From a virus: a stretch of DNA of 64,000 bases. A model generated the notes under the pieces. The model was not told the DNA's origin, did not search any database, and saw nothing but the letters and a program-made list of their open reading frames with translations. Within the stretch, counting starts at the first letter, position 1. Each line of letters opens with the position of its first letter. The stretch lies in the IMG/VR virus record IMGVR_UViG_3300042290_000327, positions 1-64,000 of that record, one strand, 5' to 3'. The position numbers and the translations under genes are program-made. Shown piece by piece: positions 54,730-64,000 of the stretch.

Positions 54730-55580
54730 TGAAAGTTCTAGTTACAGGCGGCGCCGGTTTTATAGGAACAAACTTAATCAAAAAGTTATTGAAAGATGGG
54801 CATGAAGTTCAATCGTTTGATAACTACTCAACTGGATTAAAATCAAACGAAGTAGAAGGATGTAAGTATTGGAGTGGTAATATTCAAACAATATCTACAA
54901 TGTATAGTGTTTTTAAAGATTTTGATTTAGTATTTCACATGGCTGCAATTGCAAGAATTGGTCCATCATTTGAAAGACCTAATCAATACATTGATACAAA
55001 CTTTAATGGAACCTATGAGGTTGTAAAGTTTTGTATTAAAAACAATATACCTTTAATCTACGCAGGTTCTTCATCCAAGCACAGCGGTAAGTTCAAGAAC
55101 CCTTACACTTTCTCAAAAGACTTAGGTGAAGATATTATAAAGCTATACCAAAAGCACTATGGATTAAAAGCCTCTATTGCCCGCTTTTATAATGTTTACG
55201 GACCTCACCAGCTCACAGAAGGCGGGTATACAACTTTAATTGGAAAGTGGATTAGGAGTTGGGAGAATAAAGAAAAGTTCGTAATTTATGGGGATGGAGA
55301 ACAGAGACGAGACTTTACTCACGTTGATGATATTATTAATGCCCTTATCCTTATCATGTATAAGCAGGCATATGGATACGAATTCGAACTAGGAAGAGGT
55401 AAGAACCATTCAGTTAACGAAGTGTTAAAAATGTTTAACCAGATAGCCGACTACCTTCCAGCTCAACCAGGAGAAGCTCTTATAACCTTAAACACCGATC
55501 CTACTGCAGCTGAGGTCCTGGGTTGGAACCCATCTCGTAACTTAGAAGATTATTTAAGAAAGATTTTAAATGAAAATTAG
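54729..55580 (+). CDS. NAD-dependent epimerase/dehydratase
   Basis: VTGGAGFIG, YTFSK, RFYNVYGP, GDGEQRRDF. Confidence 0.9.
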   Translation: MKVLVTGGAGFIGTNLIKKLLKDGHEVQSFDNYSTGLKSNEVEGCKYWSGNIQTISTMYSVFKDFDLVFHMAAIARIGPSFERPNQYIDTNFNGTYEVVKFCIKNNIPLIYAGSSSKHSGKFKNPYTFSKDLGEDIIKLYQKHYGLKASIARFYNVYGPHQLTEGGYTTLIGKWIRSWENKEKFVIYGDGEQRRDFTHVDDIINALILIMYKQAYGYEFELGRGKNHSVNEVLKMFNQIADYLPAQPGEALITLNTDPTAAEVLGWNPSRNLEDYLRKILNEN

Positions 55581-56757
55581 TTTTATACAACCTAGCCGGA
55601 ACAACTTAAAGTACCTTAAGTGGTCCTACCAAGCTATTAGAAAGAATCAAGGCGATCATGAGGTAGAGATCTGTGTAGCAGATGACGCATCTACAGACGG
55701 CACCTGGGACTGGTGTATGGAAACAGAAAAGAAAGATCCTAACTTTAAATGGATTCGTAACGAGGGACCTGAAAGGTTAGGTCACACAATTTTATACGAC
55801 CGTTTAATCAACGAAGTAGCAACAAAGGATATCGCTATGATCTACCATGCCGATATGTACTTATGCCCAGGAGCACTAGATGCTATTGAACAGGAGATTA
55901 AACCTCGCACAATTGTCTCTCTTACTAGAATTGAACCCCCTCTACACCCAGACGGCCCAGAGAAGATTTTAAGAGACTTTGGTGTAGAGCCGGAAGAGTT
56001 TAAGGAAGAAGCTTTGCTTGCTTTTATTAATTCCCGAGTACCTAATGATAATGTTACCGAAGGCGTGTTTGCCCCCTGGGCATTTTACCGAGAAGACTTC
56101 CAAAAGATCGGAGGACATGACCCTCTCTACGCACCTCAATCAAAAGAAGATTCAGATATCTTTAACCGGTTCCTCCTTGATGGAATAACATTTGTACAGA
56201 CTTGGCACGGATGTGTTTACCACATGACCTGCAGAGGGAGTAGACGTAATACGGCTGATAAAGCTAAGAACATCTACGAAGATAGTCCGGAGTGGCTAGC
56301 ACAGAATCAAAGAAGTTCTCGAAACTTTATACGCAAATGGGGCCACTTTGTTAAACACGATGCTTTAATGAAACCTATCGTATACCCTAAATACGATATT
56401 GGGATTAAAGTTACAGGATGTAACAGCGAGCTATTGGAGTTATTAGAGCCATGGTGTTCAACTATTCTAATCGATGATGAGATGCAAGTGCTAACCTCGC
56501 ACTATTTGGATAAAGAGCAGCCCAATACCAAAATAGATCTTAGTAAGAAGGTTAAGACTACTCCTTTGGATAAACTAGAGAATGAAGTAATAATTGGAAT
56601 AGATAGAGACACTTTTAAAGAAGGAGACTTTCAGATACTACAACAGCTACCTTTGATACTACAAATGAATGGAAGTCCAGGTAAGTTCATGTTAGGTACT
56701 ATGACTTTAAAGATTAAAGCACTAACTGAATATCAGAACACTTTAATCAATCTATAA
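55570..56757 (+). CDS. glycosyltransferase family 2
   Basis: ADDASTDGT, HADM, IGGHD, EDSD. Confidence 0.85.
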   Translation: MKISFIQPSRNNLKYLKWSYQAIRKNQGDHEVEICVADDASTDGTWDWCMETEKKDPNFKWIRNEGPERLGHTILYDRLINEVATKDIAMIYHADMYLCPGALDAIEQEIKPRTIVSLTRIEPPLHPDGPEKILRDFGVEPEEFKEEALLAFINSRVPNDNVTEGVFAPWAFYREDFQKIGGHDPLYAPQSKEDSDIFNRFLLDGITFVQTWHGCVYHMTCRGSRRNTADKAKNIYEDSPEWLAQNQRSSRNFIRKWGHFVKHDALMKPIVYPKYDIGIKVTGCNSELLELLEPWCSTILIDDEMQVLTSHYLDKEQPNTKIDLSKKVKTTPLDKLENEVIIGIDRDTFKEGDFQILQQLPLILQMNGSPGKFMLGTMTLKIKALTEYQNTLINL

Positions 56758-56916
56758 ACAGATGGGTAAGATCCATTTACAGGACTTAGATCGGCTAGAG
56801 GAAGAATCTCGTCCTTACCAGCCTATCAAGACCAATAGGAAGAAAAAAGTAAGTCCTATTTATAAAAAGGATAGCGACCAGTTGGATCGAAACTAAATTA
56901 TTCTTATATTTAAGCT

Positions 56917-57258
56917 ATGAAAGAACTACTTTTAAAAGAAATCCAAAACGTAATTGCTGAAGCTACTAAGGTAAACTTCAAGGGTAAGCAGTTTGTACTT
57001 AAAGTAGACGTTAACGAAGATCCTAACAAAAAAGGAATTAAAGTGCAGTTTATCCCTGCCGATATGTCTCCTATCAATCCTACCGAGCAGAATGAGATTG
57101 CTATGGCATTGAGTGATAAACTCGACTCAGGCTTGAAGCAATTCGGTATGCAGGTAGAGCGGGACAGGCAGCTCAAGGACAAGTCAGTGATTGGCTTCTT
57201 TATTTACATCGAGTATGTAGACAAAATTATTCGGCAGGCATTAGGAACTCAAGCTTAA
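56917..57258 (+). CDS. hypothetical protein
   Basis: ORF after promoter 56881. Confidence 0.7.
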   Translation: MKELLLKEIQNVIAEATKVNFKGKQFVLKVDVNEDPNKKGIKVQFIPADMSPINPTEQNEIAMALSDKLDSGLKQFGMQVERDRQLKDKSVIGFFIYIEYVDKIIRQALGTQA

Positions 57259-57272
57259 TTTAGTTTACTTTT

Positions 57273-57428
57273 ATGAAGAAATTTTCTTTCTACAGTCTTA
57301 CAGATAGTAGCCAGGAGGTGATTGGGTCTACCCGAGCATTTACCCGATTAGCAGCAGCAAAAAACTTTGCCGAAAGAAAGCATTTATCGCTTAAAAATTT
57401 TCTAAGTATATTTAGCGTCACAAGATGA
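57273..57428 (+). CDS. small hypothetical protein (51 aa)
   Basis: MKKFSFYS...VTR*, coupled to next ORF. Confidence 0.5.
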   Translation: MKKFSFYSLTDSSQEVIGSTRAFTRLAAAKNFAERKHLSLKNFLSIFSVTR

Positions 57429-57829
57429 AGCCTAAAGAAATGCTTAGACAAATACTCAAGGATGTTATACCTTTGAAGTACAGAATTAAAGAGGTACCCC
57501 GAAACAGAGAAGCTATGACTAAAGAATTATTTATCGAGATAGTCAAGCTTTTAAAAGAGATTGACGACAGGACCAACTTCGTAGCATCGGAGATTGGAAT
57601 GGATACAACCCAGTACGAGGATAAGTTCTTCAGGGTTATTGAGAATCTTATGCGGATTGCCTTCAACAGGGAGCAGGTATTCTTAATTGAGCTTTACTTA
57701 AATGAGATCGACTACAACGACAAAGAGGAGTGGGATGGTAACATCTCAGTAACTGTTGAGAAGAAAGAGCAAAAGATTGCTTTCCGTACCCCGGAGGATG
57801 TCTGGGAAGCTATTCAAAAGTTTAAGTAA
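57425..57829 (+). CDS. hypothetical protein
   Basis: ORF. Confidence 0.7.
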   Translation: MKPKEMLRQILKDVIPLKYRIKEVPRNREAMTKELFIEIVKLLKEIDDRTNFVASEIGMDTTQYEDKFFRVIENLMRIAFNREQVFLIELYLNEIDYNDKEEWDGNISVTVEKKEQKIAFRTPEDVWEAIQKFK

Positions 57830-57882
57830 AAAGTTGGAGACTAGTTGACTAGTTACTATCTTTAGTTAAATAAAAATAGAAT

Positions 57883-58272
57883 ATGAATAAAAGGTTTTGT
57901 AGTGTGTGTGGGGATGAGATTAATCCCCTGCGTGTAAAAGCTCTCCCGGAGACTAAGACTTGTATTAACCACTCTACTGTGGGTGCTAAGAGAGGTCGGA
58001 TTTTGACTTTAGGAGAGGGTGATCATACCTATAATGAGATTGAAATTTTAGATGAGGAGGTATACCGCCGAGTAGTAGCTTTGGAGTTTGGTGTTGATCG
58101 TTTAGCTGAAGAGATGCCTGAGATCCAGAACTACGATGCGACTATGGTTTCTGACGATACCCGAGCCCTGAGAGAGAAAGCTGAGAAGGTGCTTGAGGAT
58201 GAGGAAGACTCCAAGCTCCTTGAAGATCCTGAAGAGGTGATCGAGGAATCAGAAGAAGAAGAAGAGGAATAG
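57883..58272 (+). CDS. DksA/TraR-type zinc-finger protein with acidic tail
   Basis: CSVCGDEI...RVKALP.TKTCINH. Confidence 0.7.
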   Translation: MNKRFCSVCGDEINPLRVKALPETKTCINHSTVGAKRGRILTLGEGDHTYNEIEILDEEVYRRVVALEFGVDRLAEEMPEIQNYDATMVSDDTRALREKAEKVLEDEEDSKLLEDPEEVIEESEEEEEE

Positions 58273-58919
58273 TGGAGGAGAAGAAGAAAGGGCGTCCTAG
58301 TAAGATTTTGCTAAGGGAGGATATCGAGCGAGCAGTTAAGATGACTAAGTCAAATAAAGCTGCAGCTCGGTACCTCCACTGCTCTTTCCCTCACTACAGA
58401 AAGTATGCTGTCCTGTATACTAATCAGGATGGTGTGACTCTCTTTGAAGCTCATAAGAATCAGGCTGGGGTAGGGATACCTAAATTTCTAACAGGTAGGG
58501 CTACTCAAGCCCCTCTAGAGCAGATCCTGGACGGAACCTTTCCTGTTGAGCATTTCAAGCCTGCGAAGATTAAAGCAGCTTTGATATCAGAAGGTTACTT
58601 AGCTGAGAGTTGCAAGAGGTGTGACTTCGGTGAGAGCAGGCTCTTAGATGGAAAGATTCCTTTGATTTTGACTTTCAAAGATAAGAATAAGCACAACTAC
58701 CACCGGGATAACATCGAACTACTCTGTTACAACTGCTGCTTTCTCTATGCTGCTTCTCCTATTTCTGACGATCAGGTAGAGCAGATGGAGGATTACATTG
58801 AGATTCAGGTTAAGAATTTTGACTGGGAGATAGATCAATCTCATATTGACCATCTGAAAGAGCTGGGGCTGTGGGAGGACAATAAGAAGCCCGGTGATGA
58901 GTTTATATCCCGGGCATGA
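58272..58919 (+). CDS. HTH plus degenerate HNH-like protein
   Basis: AAARYL; CKRC...N..LLCYNC with catalytic His absent. Confidence 0.6.
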   Translation: MEEKKKGRPSKILLREDIERAVKMTKSNKAAARYLHCSFPHYRKYAVLYTNQDGVTLFEAHKNQAGVGIPKFLTGRATQAPLEQILDGTFPVEHFKPAKIKAALISEGYLAESCKRCDFGESRLLDGKIPLILTFKDKNKHNYHRDNIELLCYNCCFLYAASPISDDQVEQMEDYIEIQVKNFDWEIDQSHIDHLKELGLWEDNKKPGDEFISRA

Positions 58920-59137
58920 AAGTACCTAAGAAGAGACAGCGTCCCCAGCTCGACAGCGAGAAGAACAAGCAGTATCTTCTTAGCAAACATGCTGATAAGC
59001 TTTTAGAGCAGGATCAGAAGAATAAAAAGTTATCTGAAAAGTTGCTTAGAGGGGATATATTTACTATCTTTATCGAAGAAGAAAAAAATAAAGGTTATGA
59101 GCGAGAAGAGAGGACTGACGGAGAAGATCAAGTTTGA
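58916..59137 (+). CDS. hypothetical protein
   Basis: coupled ORF. Confidence 0.45.
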   Translation: MKVPKKRQRPQLDSEKNKQYLLSKHADKLLEQDQKNKKLSEKLLRGDIFTIFIEEEKNKGYEREERTDGEDQV

Positions 59138-59381
59138 GTTTAATACTGCTGGGGTATTAGAGATTCAGTATAATACCGGGACCTGGGGTAGAGTTACTGC
59201 GATTACTTTCCGGGCTTATGACGGACCTCGCCGGATTACCGAGCCTCAGTTTACTCAGAAGTCTAACCCTCATGTACCTATGAGGACCTATTTATACGAA
59301 GGACCTGTGTACTACTACGGCTCTAATAAGGAGGCTGTTAAGCAGAATAATCATACTGTTCGTAATTTGTATAACAGCTAA
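59097..59381 (+). CDS. hypothetical protein
   Basis: ORF after promoter 59041. Confidence 0.65.
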   Translation: MSEKRGLTEKIKFEFNTAGVLEIQYNTGTWGRVTAITFRAYDGPRRITEPQFTQKSNPHVPMRTYLYEGPVYYYGSNKEAVKQNNHTVRNLYNS

Positions 59382-59390
59382 TCAATTTAT

Positions 59391-59699
59391 ATGAGACAGT
59401 TTGTATTCGAAAACCCGCAAGAATTTAGTACTTTCTTTTCAGGAAAGAACGTAAAGATTACTAATGCTATCACCGCCGGCATCAGAGTAGCTGTCAAGGC
59501 TAGGAAGAAACACGCTGACTTATTTGAGGTTAGCTTCGAAGGAGGAGATACTGCGTACGATATCAGTTTGCCATCTACCGAATGGCCGCAGGCTTTGGCT
59601 AAATGTTTAGAGTTCTACGAGGAGTCTCAGCTCTACGATGATGCCATCGATACTTACCAGCTTATCAAGCAACTCTCAAATGAAAGAGATCTTATCTAA
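59391..59699 (+). CDS. hypothetical protein
   Basis: ORF. Confidence 0.7.
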   Translation: MRQFVFENPQEFSTFFSGKNVKITNAITAGIRVAVKARKKHADLFEVSFEGGDTAYDISLPSTEWPQALAKCLEFYEESQLYDDAIDTYQLIKQLSNERDLI

Positions 59700-59913
59700 G
59701 ACCCGGCTAGACGGCTCTACTATCACCTATTTCATGTCCGATGATAAGAGGACTGTTACATCTGAACTATCTTACCCCAGGTCATTCAGGAATACCTATG
59801 AGGAGTTAGAGCATAGAAATGAAGGACTACCTAAGACCAAGCGTCAGTACATGACTGATGAAGGTAAGGTGGTAGGGTATCTTACTGCAAAAAAGTTAGG
59901 AATTATTACTTAG
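59680..59913 (+). CDS. hypothetical protein
   Basis: ORF, ATG 59680 preferred. Confidence 0.55.
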   Translation: MKEILSKTRLDGSTITYFMSDDKRTVTSELSYPRSFRNTYEELEHRNEGLPKTKRQYMTDEGKVVGYLTAKKLGIIT

Positions 59914-59967
59914 GTTAGTTGGATCTAATCAAGTTAGTTCCTATCTTTAAGTATAATTAAAAACAAA

Positions 59968-60795
59968 ATGGTTATGATGATTTCAGATAGCAAGCAAGAC
60001 CGCGTAATGTCAATAGAAGATTTAAAGAAGGTAGTACCTTTTGCCTTCATTGATAAACCTACCCGAGAGGTATCAGATAAGTACGTTCACGTACCTACTA
60101 GCCGGGTGATAGAAGACTTAATGAGTATGGGTTGGGAGCCAGTCCAGGCAGCTCAGCGCCGAGGAAGAGCCGGGAAGGTTTCGATCTTCTCCAAGCATAT
60201 GATCAAGTTCCAGAATCCTAATTTAGTTATCAAAGGTGCTCAAGGTGATGATGTATTTCCTCAGATCATTCTTACTAACTCTCATGATGGAACTCAGTCG
60301 TTTAAGTTCATGATGGGGCTATATCGCCTTGTCTGTAGCAATGGACTGGTAGTTGCTGATGAGCAGTTTGCTAACTTCAAGATCCGGCATATGGGATATA
60401 GCTTTGAAGACCTTCAGAAGCTTATCGAGACTGCAGTAGTAGCGCTACCTAAGAAGGTAGAGGTTATCAATATGATGAAGGAAGTACAGATGACGGAGGT
60501 GCAGCAGAAAGACTTCGCTATGAAGGCTTACTTGCTTCGACGTGGTATCGAGATGAGCGATGAAGTTCAGGTAGAGGATGAGGTGTTAGAGGGTATTCTT
60601 TCTAGCCGCCGGACCCAAGACCAGGGCGATGATCTGTGGCTGACCTTTAATCGCATCCAAGAAGCTATCACCCAAGGAGGATTCAAAGGAGCTTTGAACG
60701 GAGCTAAGGTACGTCAGGTGCGTAAGATTAGGTCGTTTGAGAAAGATCTTAAGATCAATCAGGACTTATTCCAGCTAGCGTTACAGTATGCGTAA
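59968..60795 (+). CDS. DUF932/DUF945 family protein
   Basis: SDKY..VPT, NSHDGT, RLVCSNGLV, LWLTFNRIQE. Confidence 0.85.
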   Translation: MVMMISDSKQDRVMSIEDLKKVVPFAFIDKPTREVSDKYVHVPTSRVIEDLMSMGWEPVQAAQRRGRAGKVSIFSKHMIKFQNPNLVIKGAQGDDVFPQIILTNSHDGTQSFKFMMGLYRLVCSNGLVVADEQFANFKIRHMGYSFEDLQKLIETAVVALPKKVEVINMMKEVQMTEVQQKDFAMKAYLLRRGIEMSDEVQVEDEVLEGILSSRRTQDQGDDLWLTFNRIQEAITQGGFKGALNGAKVRQVRKIRSFEKDLKINQDLFQLALQYA

Positions 60796-60952
60796 GATAA
60801 GAGATAAGAAAGCCACCGCACCTGTCCGTTTCGAGAGAGACGGGCAGCTGTGGGAGGTAGTCTACAAGACAGCCGATATGGCTTATGCCGTTAAGCTCAA
60901 TAAGAAAGGCTCTCCGGTTGGTATCATTGAAAGGTTTTATGAGCAGGTCTAG
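60788..60952 (+). CDS. small hypothetical protein (54 aa)
   Basis: overlaps DUF932 stop; MRKIRDKK...EQV*. Confidence 0.5.
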   Translation: MRKIRDKKATAPVRFERDGQLWEVVYKTADMAYAVKLNKKGSPVGIIERFYEQV

Positions 60953-61087
60953 GGCAGGGAGGCCGAGGGGCGAGCGGAGGGGCGTTTCCCTCTCTCGCAC
61001 CGAAGGTGCCACGCGCATTCTCATCAAAAGCCCTACCGGGCTTGGAAAAATTTAGATAAAAGGATTAATAAAAAACAAATAAGAGTT

Positions 61088-61321
61088 ATGGAGTACGGAA
61101 GTATAAGATGGAGGCCGTGGGTGTGTCTGCTAAAAGATGATGAAGGTATCACGGATGTTAAGAGGTTTGATAACTTCCAGGACATGCTACAGTGGAGGTT
61201 AGAGAACATAAGGAAGGGTTTGAATGCCGTCTCTATGACAGAAGAATACTACCTCGGTCTTGAGACCGATGAACATGCGGAGTGGTGGAAGAGTGTTAAA
61301 CAGTTAATTGCATCTTTATGA
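61088..61321 (+). CDS. hypothetical protein
   Basis: ORF after A-rich leader. Confidence 0.65.
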   Translation: MEYGSIRWRPWVCLLKDDEGITDVKRFDNFQDMLQWRLENIRKGLNAVSMTEEYYLGLETDEHAEWWKSVKQLIASL

Positions 61322-61423
61322 GTAAGAGAATACCTTTAGACCAGGACCCTGCATTCCGGGACCTTAATTGGGACCTTCCTTTGAATAAGGATTGGGATGG
61401 CACGTTACAAGACGGACTAGAAA

Positions 61424-61621
61424 ATGAAGAGTGGGATGATGAAGAAGAGTGAACAGGAGTGGGATCATTACTCGGGAATACCTTCACCGTTAGCCTACCA
61501 GAAAAGAGAGCTAGAAAAGAAGCTAGAGAGGGAGTACGATGATGATGATTCTCAGGATGATGATAGAGAGTATAACCCCGGTAAGAGGACTTACAGTGAT
61601 AGCCTTGAGGATGAAGAATAA
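61424..61621 (+). CDS. acidic hypothetical protein
   Basis: ORF. Confidence 0.5.
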   Translation: MKSGMMKKSEQEWDHYSGIPSPLAYQKRELEKKLEREYDDDDSQDDDREYNPGKRTYSDSLEDEE

Positions 61622-61889
61622 CTTTTTATACAAAGTACTTATGAAAGACGGCAAGAGTAAAGGACAATGGCAGGACTGGGATAAGGCATATGCAAAGACT
61701 AGGTCGGTGATATGGAGCTGTAACAAGGAAGAGCATCTGGAGGCAGGACTGAGGATGGTGATAAACTATGAGAGACTAATGCAAAACTTCGGCCCTACTT
61801 CGGTACAAGGCCGGAGGATTGGAGCCGGGACAGTTGATGATCTCCTTTCTCTCATTAGGTTAAAACGTAAGATGATTAGGAGAGGATGA
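61611..61889 (+). CDS. hypothetical protein
   Basis: ORF, ATG 61611 preferred. Confidence 0.55.
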   Translation: MKNNFLYKVLMKDGKSKGQWQDWDKAYAKTRSVIWSCNKEEHLEAGLRMVINYERLMQNFGPTSVQGRRIGAGTVDDLLSLIRLKRKMIRRG

Positions 61890-61900
61890 TGAAGGGAGTA

Positions 61901-62368
61901 AACCGTAGCGTATATAAAGATATTTGTATAGAGTGATATAAAGATATTAAGATATAAATTATGTATAAACTTAAAGCAAAGAGTGAAGTTAAAGCAAAGC
62001 TTTAATAGCTAGTACCTGCCTCCCTCCCTTGCAACTTTTCTTCTATAGAAAATTATTATTTTTCAAACCTTAAAGTAAAGCTTTAAGTATTCAGTAAACC
62101 GTAGATAAAACCGTAGACTAGTAAACCGTATGCAGAAAACCGTCCATGCAATCATCAGTGCTTTAACCGGCAGAAAACCGTACCTACTAGGTAACCGTCC
62201 AGAGGAAACCGTACAAGGTAACCGTAGGGAGAAAATCGTAGAGAGTACCGTACAGCCGTCTGTAAGGCTGGTTATAAACCTGGAGACTGGAACAGTTAAA
62301 GTAAAGCTTTAAGGTTTTAGAAAACCGTACGGAGGTAACCGTCTGGTAAACCGTAGGGAAAAAACCGT
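61901..62368. repeat. iteron-like AACCGT array with TTAAAG(C/T)AAAGCTTTAA boxes
   Basis: 13 exact AACCGT, mostly 12-17 nt apart; longer box near 61989, 62070, 62296 and again near 62793. Confidence 0.8.
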
Positions 62369-62424
62369 CCTGAAAGTTGTCTCCTGCTCTAAGGGTTCGT
62401 ATCTTTAGATGAAAGAAAAAGGTT

Positions 62425-62772
62425 ATGACAAAGTTGGTAAAAGATTTGAGCGGGATAGCGCTAGTGGTGATGCTGCTAGTAGGAGGAGTTTTTGGCTGGG
62501 TCTACTCCCTAGCTACTTTACTGTCCAGTAGAGAGGACCTGCCCGGGGTACTAAAGGCTAGCTTCAGAGGAAGCCTTATAGGAGTAGTAGCGCTAATCTA
62601 CTTAGGGGTAACATACCCAGACGCCTCTTCGGATATGTGGCTGGTGATCGCCCCGGGCTTCTGTGCTTCGGTCTGGTATCTGCTAGGGCCGGAGTTAGAT
62701 AAAAAGCTAAAGGCAGGTATAGGTCTAGCCATAGCAGTAGGTGTACTAGCCTACATGGTGACTGCAGTCTAG
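62425..62772 (+). CDS. 4-TM membrane protein
   Basis: hydrophobic ORF after promoter 62376. Confidence 0.7.
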   Translation: MTKLVKDLSGIALVVMLLVGGVFGWVYSLATLLSSREDLPGVLKASFRGSLIGVVALIYLGVTYPDASSDMWLVIAPGFCASVWYLLGPELDKKLKAGIGLAIAVGVLAYMVTAV

Positions 62773-62978
62773 ACTTCAAGCAAAGCTTTAAGTTAAAGTA
62801 AAGCTTTAAGGTTTGAGTATAAGGTACCGGCCCGTCTACTCTTCCGCCTCTCTTCCAAGGGCAGGCCCGTCAACCATCCTAAATGTACGAAAAAATCTTT
62901 TAGTGACAAACTTTATTTTAGTTGGATTGAAAATAGTTTGTACCTATCTTTAGGTATAATTAAAAACAAACAACGGTT

Positions 62979-63134
62979 ATGTATTCATTAGATTGTAGCT
63001 ATTTTAAAGCAGAATTTGAAACATTAGAGGAATTAATAGAGTCTGTCATAATTAATGGAATGGATCCGAGTTATGAGGTAACATTTAATGGAGAAGGTAC
63101 AGGAGAACAAATATTTGATTTGATTCAGATTTGA
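62979..63134 (+). CDS. small hypothetical early protein (51 aa)
   Basis: follows repeated promoter-leader cassette. Confidence 0.65.
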   Translation: MYSLDCSYFKAEFETLEELIESVIINGMDPSYEVTFNGEGTGEQIFDLIQI

Positions 63135-63192
63135 TTTGGTTACCCAAAATATAGTTCGTATATTTAGGTATAATTAAAAACAAACAACGGTT

Positions 63193-63603
63193 ATGAATAA
63201 GTTAGTAAACAATATTGCAAATAGGGATCTTCAGGTCTTCCATAAAGAATCTACCGATATGTGCGGTAAGGGAAAATATCGGGTGATTGTAAAGTGTCAG
63301 GCCGGATTTATGACTACCAGTACTACTGAGGCGGAATCAGCCATTGAGGTCTTTCGTCGGTATAAGTTAAAATCAGTCCATTCTATCGCTAAGGTTATAA
63401 ATGATGACTTTGATTCAACGGTCTATGCCCGGGTAGGGAAGAAGATCTGGATTTCAGAAGGTCTACTAGTTGAGATTAAGGTGGGGGATATCAATCAGGA
63501 TCTCTATAAGACTGCTTTGTATAGTCAGTATCAGTATAAGTCCGTCAATGCGAATTCATGGGAAAGCTACGCCTACCAGATGAATGAGGAGGTTGCTGCT
63601 TAA
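63193..63603 (+). CDS. hypothetical early protein
   Basis: follows repeated promoter-leader cassette. Confidence 0.75.
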   Translation: MNKLVNNIANRDLQVFHKESTDMCGKGKYRVIVKCQAGFMTTSTTEAESAIEVFRRYKLKSVHSIAKVINDDFDSTVYARVGKKIWISEGLLVEIKVGDINQDLYKTALYSQYQYKSVNANSWESYAYQMNEEVAA

Positions 63604-63678
63604 AAAAAAAGTTTAGGAGGGGGTTGGTTTAACTAACCTTCCTTCTTATCTTTAGGTATAATTAAAAAACAAACGGTT

Positions 63679-63873
63679 ATGGAATCAGTAGAAGTTAAAA
63701 ATCAGACTATCAATTATACTATCAAATTTGGTGGTAATATATATAACCTCTTCTATTACGAAGATTTAATGTCCTATTCAGAGGAATTGACTGAGGCAGT
63801 CTCAGGGTTACCGGTATTAGATGAAGATGAATATGAGGAGGTAATGAATTTCTTTGCGGATAATCGCAAATGA
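63679..63873 (+). CDS. hypothetical early protein
   Basis: follows repeated promoter-leader cassette. Confidence 0.7.
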   Translation: MESVEVKNQTINYTIKFGGNIYNLFYYEDLMSYSEELTEAVSGLPVLDEDEYEEVMNFFADNRK

Positions 63874-64000
63874 GAATGAGTACTCAGTACCGGGTACAGG
63901 TGTATATGCAGGGTCCGGGTTATACTAACACATACCTGGTTAATAAAAAAGACTGTACAGTAGGTCTGTACATCAATGCTTACACTCCTGAAGGGGCGAT

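Noticed and set aside
62130-62312. 60-aa ORF in the repeat array
   Set aside because: Composed of AACCGT repeats in shifting frames, with no promoter or typical leader.

Overview
Fragment of a large lytic dsDNA phage genome. All credible genes are on the + strand. The host is inferred to be Bacteroidota, from TTG-N20-TAnnTTTA promoters, a T9SS C-terminal domain and Bacteroidota-type tRNAs/lipoproteins. Modules, left to right: (1) a 7-deazaguanine DNA-modification cluster (QueD, QueE, FolE, TGT/DpdA-like, PurN-like formyltransferase, kinase, QueF) next to a family A DNA polymerase; (2) Hsp20, GroES and GroEL; (3) a 7.5-kb RNA island with 27 canonical tRNAs covering all 20 amino acids; (4) a secreted/outer-membrane cluster (T9SS CTD, CsgG-like, C-type lectin); (5) GH19 endolysin and holins; (6) a ~19-kb glycosylation island; (7) an early-gene/repeat region. 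The RNA island holds the most unusual features. It is preceded by a 27-codon leader ORF whose first 22 codons encode all 20 amino acids, coupled to a terminator/antiterminator pair, which suggests a pan-tRNA-sensing attenuator. It also contains nine copies of one Leu-type tRNA scaffold with different cargo in place of the anticodon arm, a minimal RNase P RNA, a minimal HDV-like ribozyme, boxA-like leaders complementary over 17 nt to the island trailer, and several closed-stem ncRNA candidates. All calls come from reading motifs by eye; no searches or folding programs were run.
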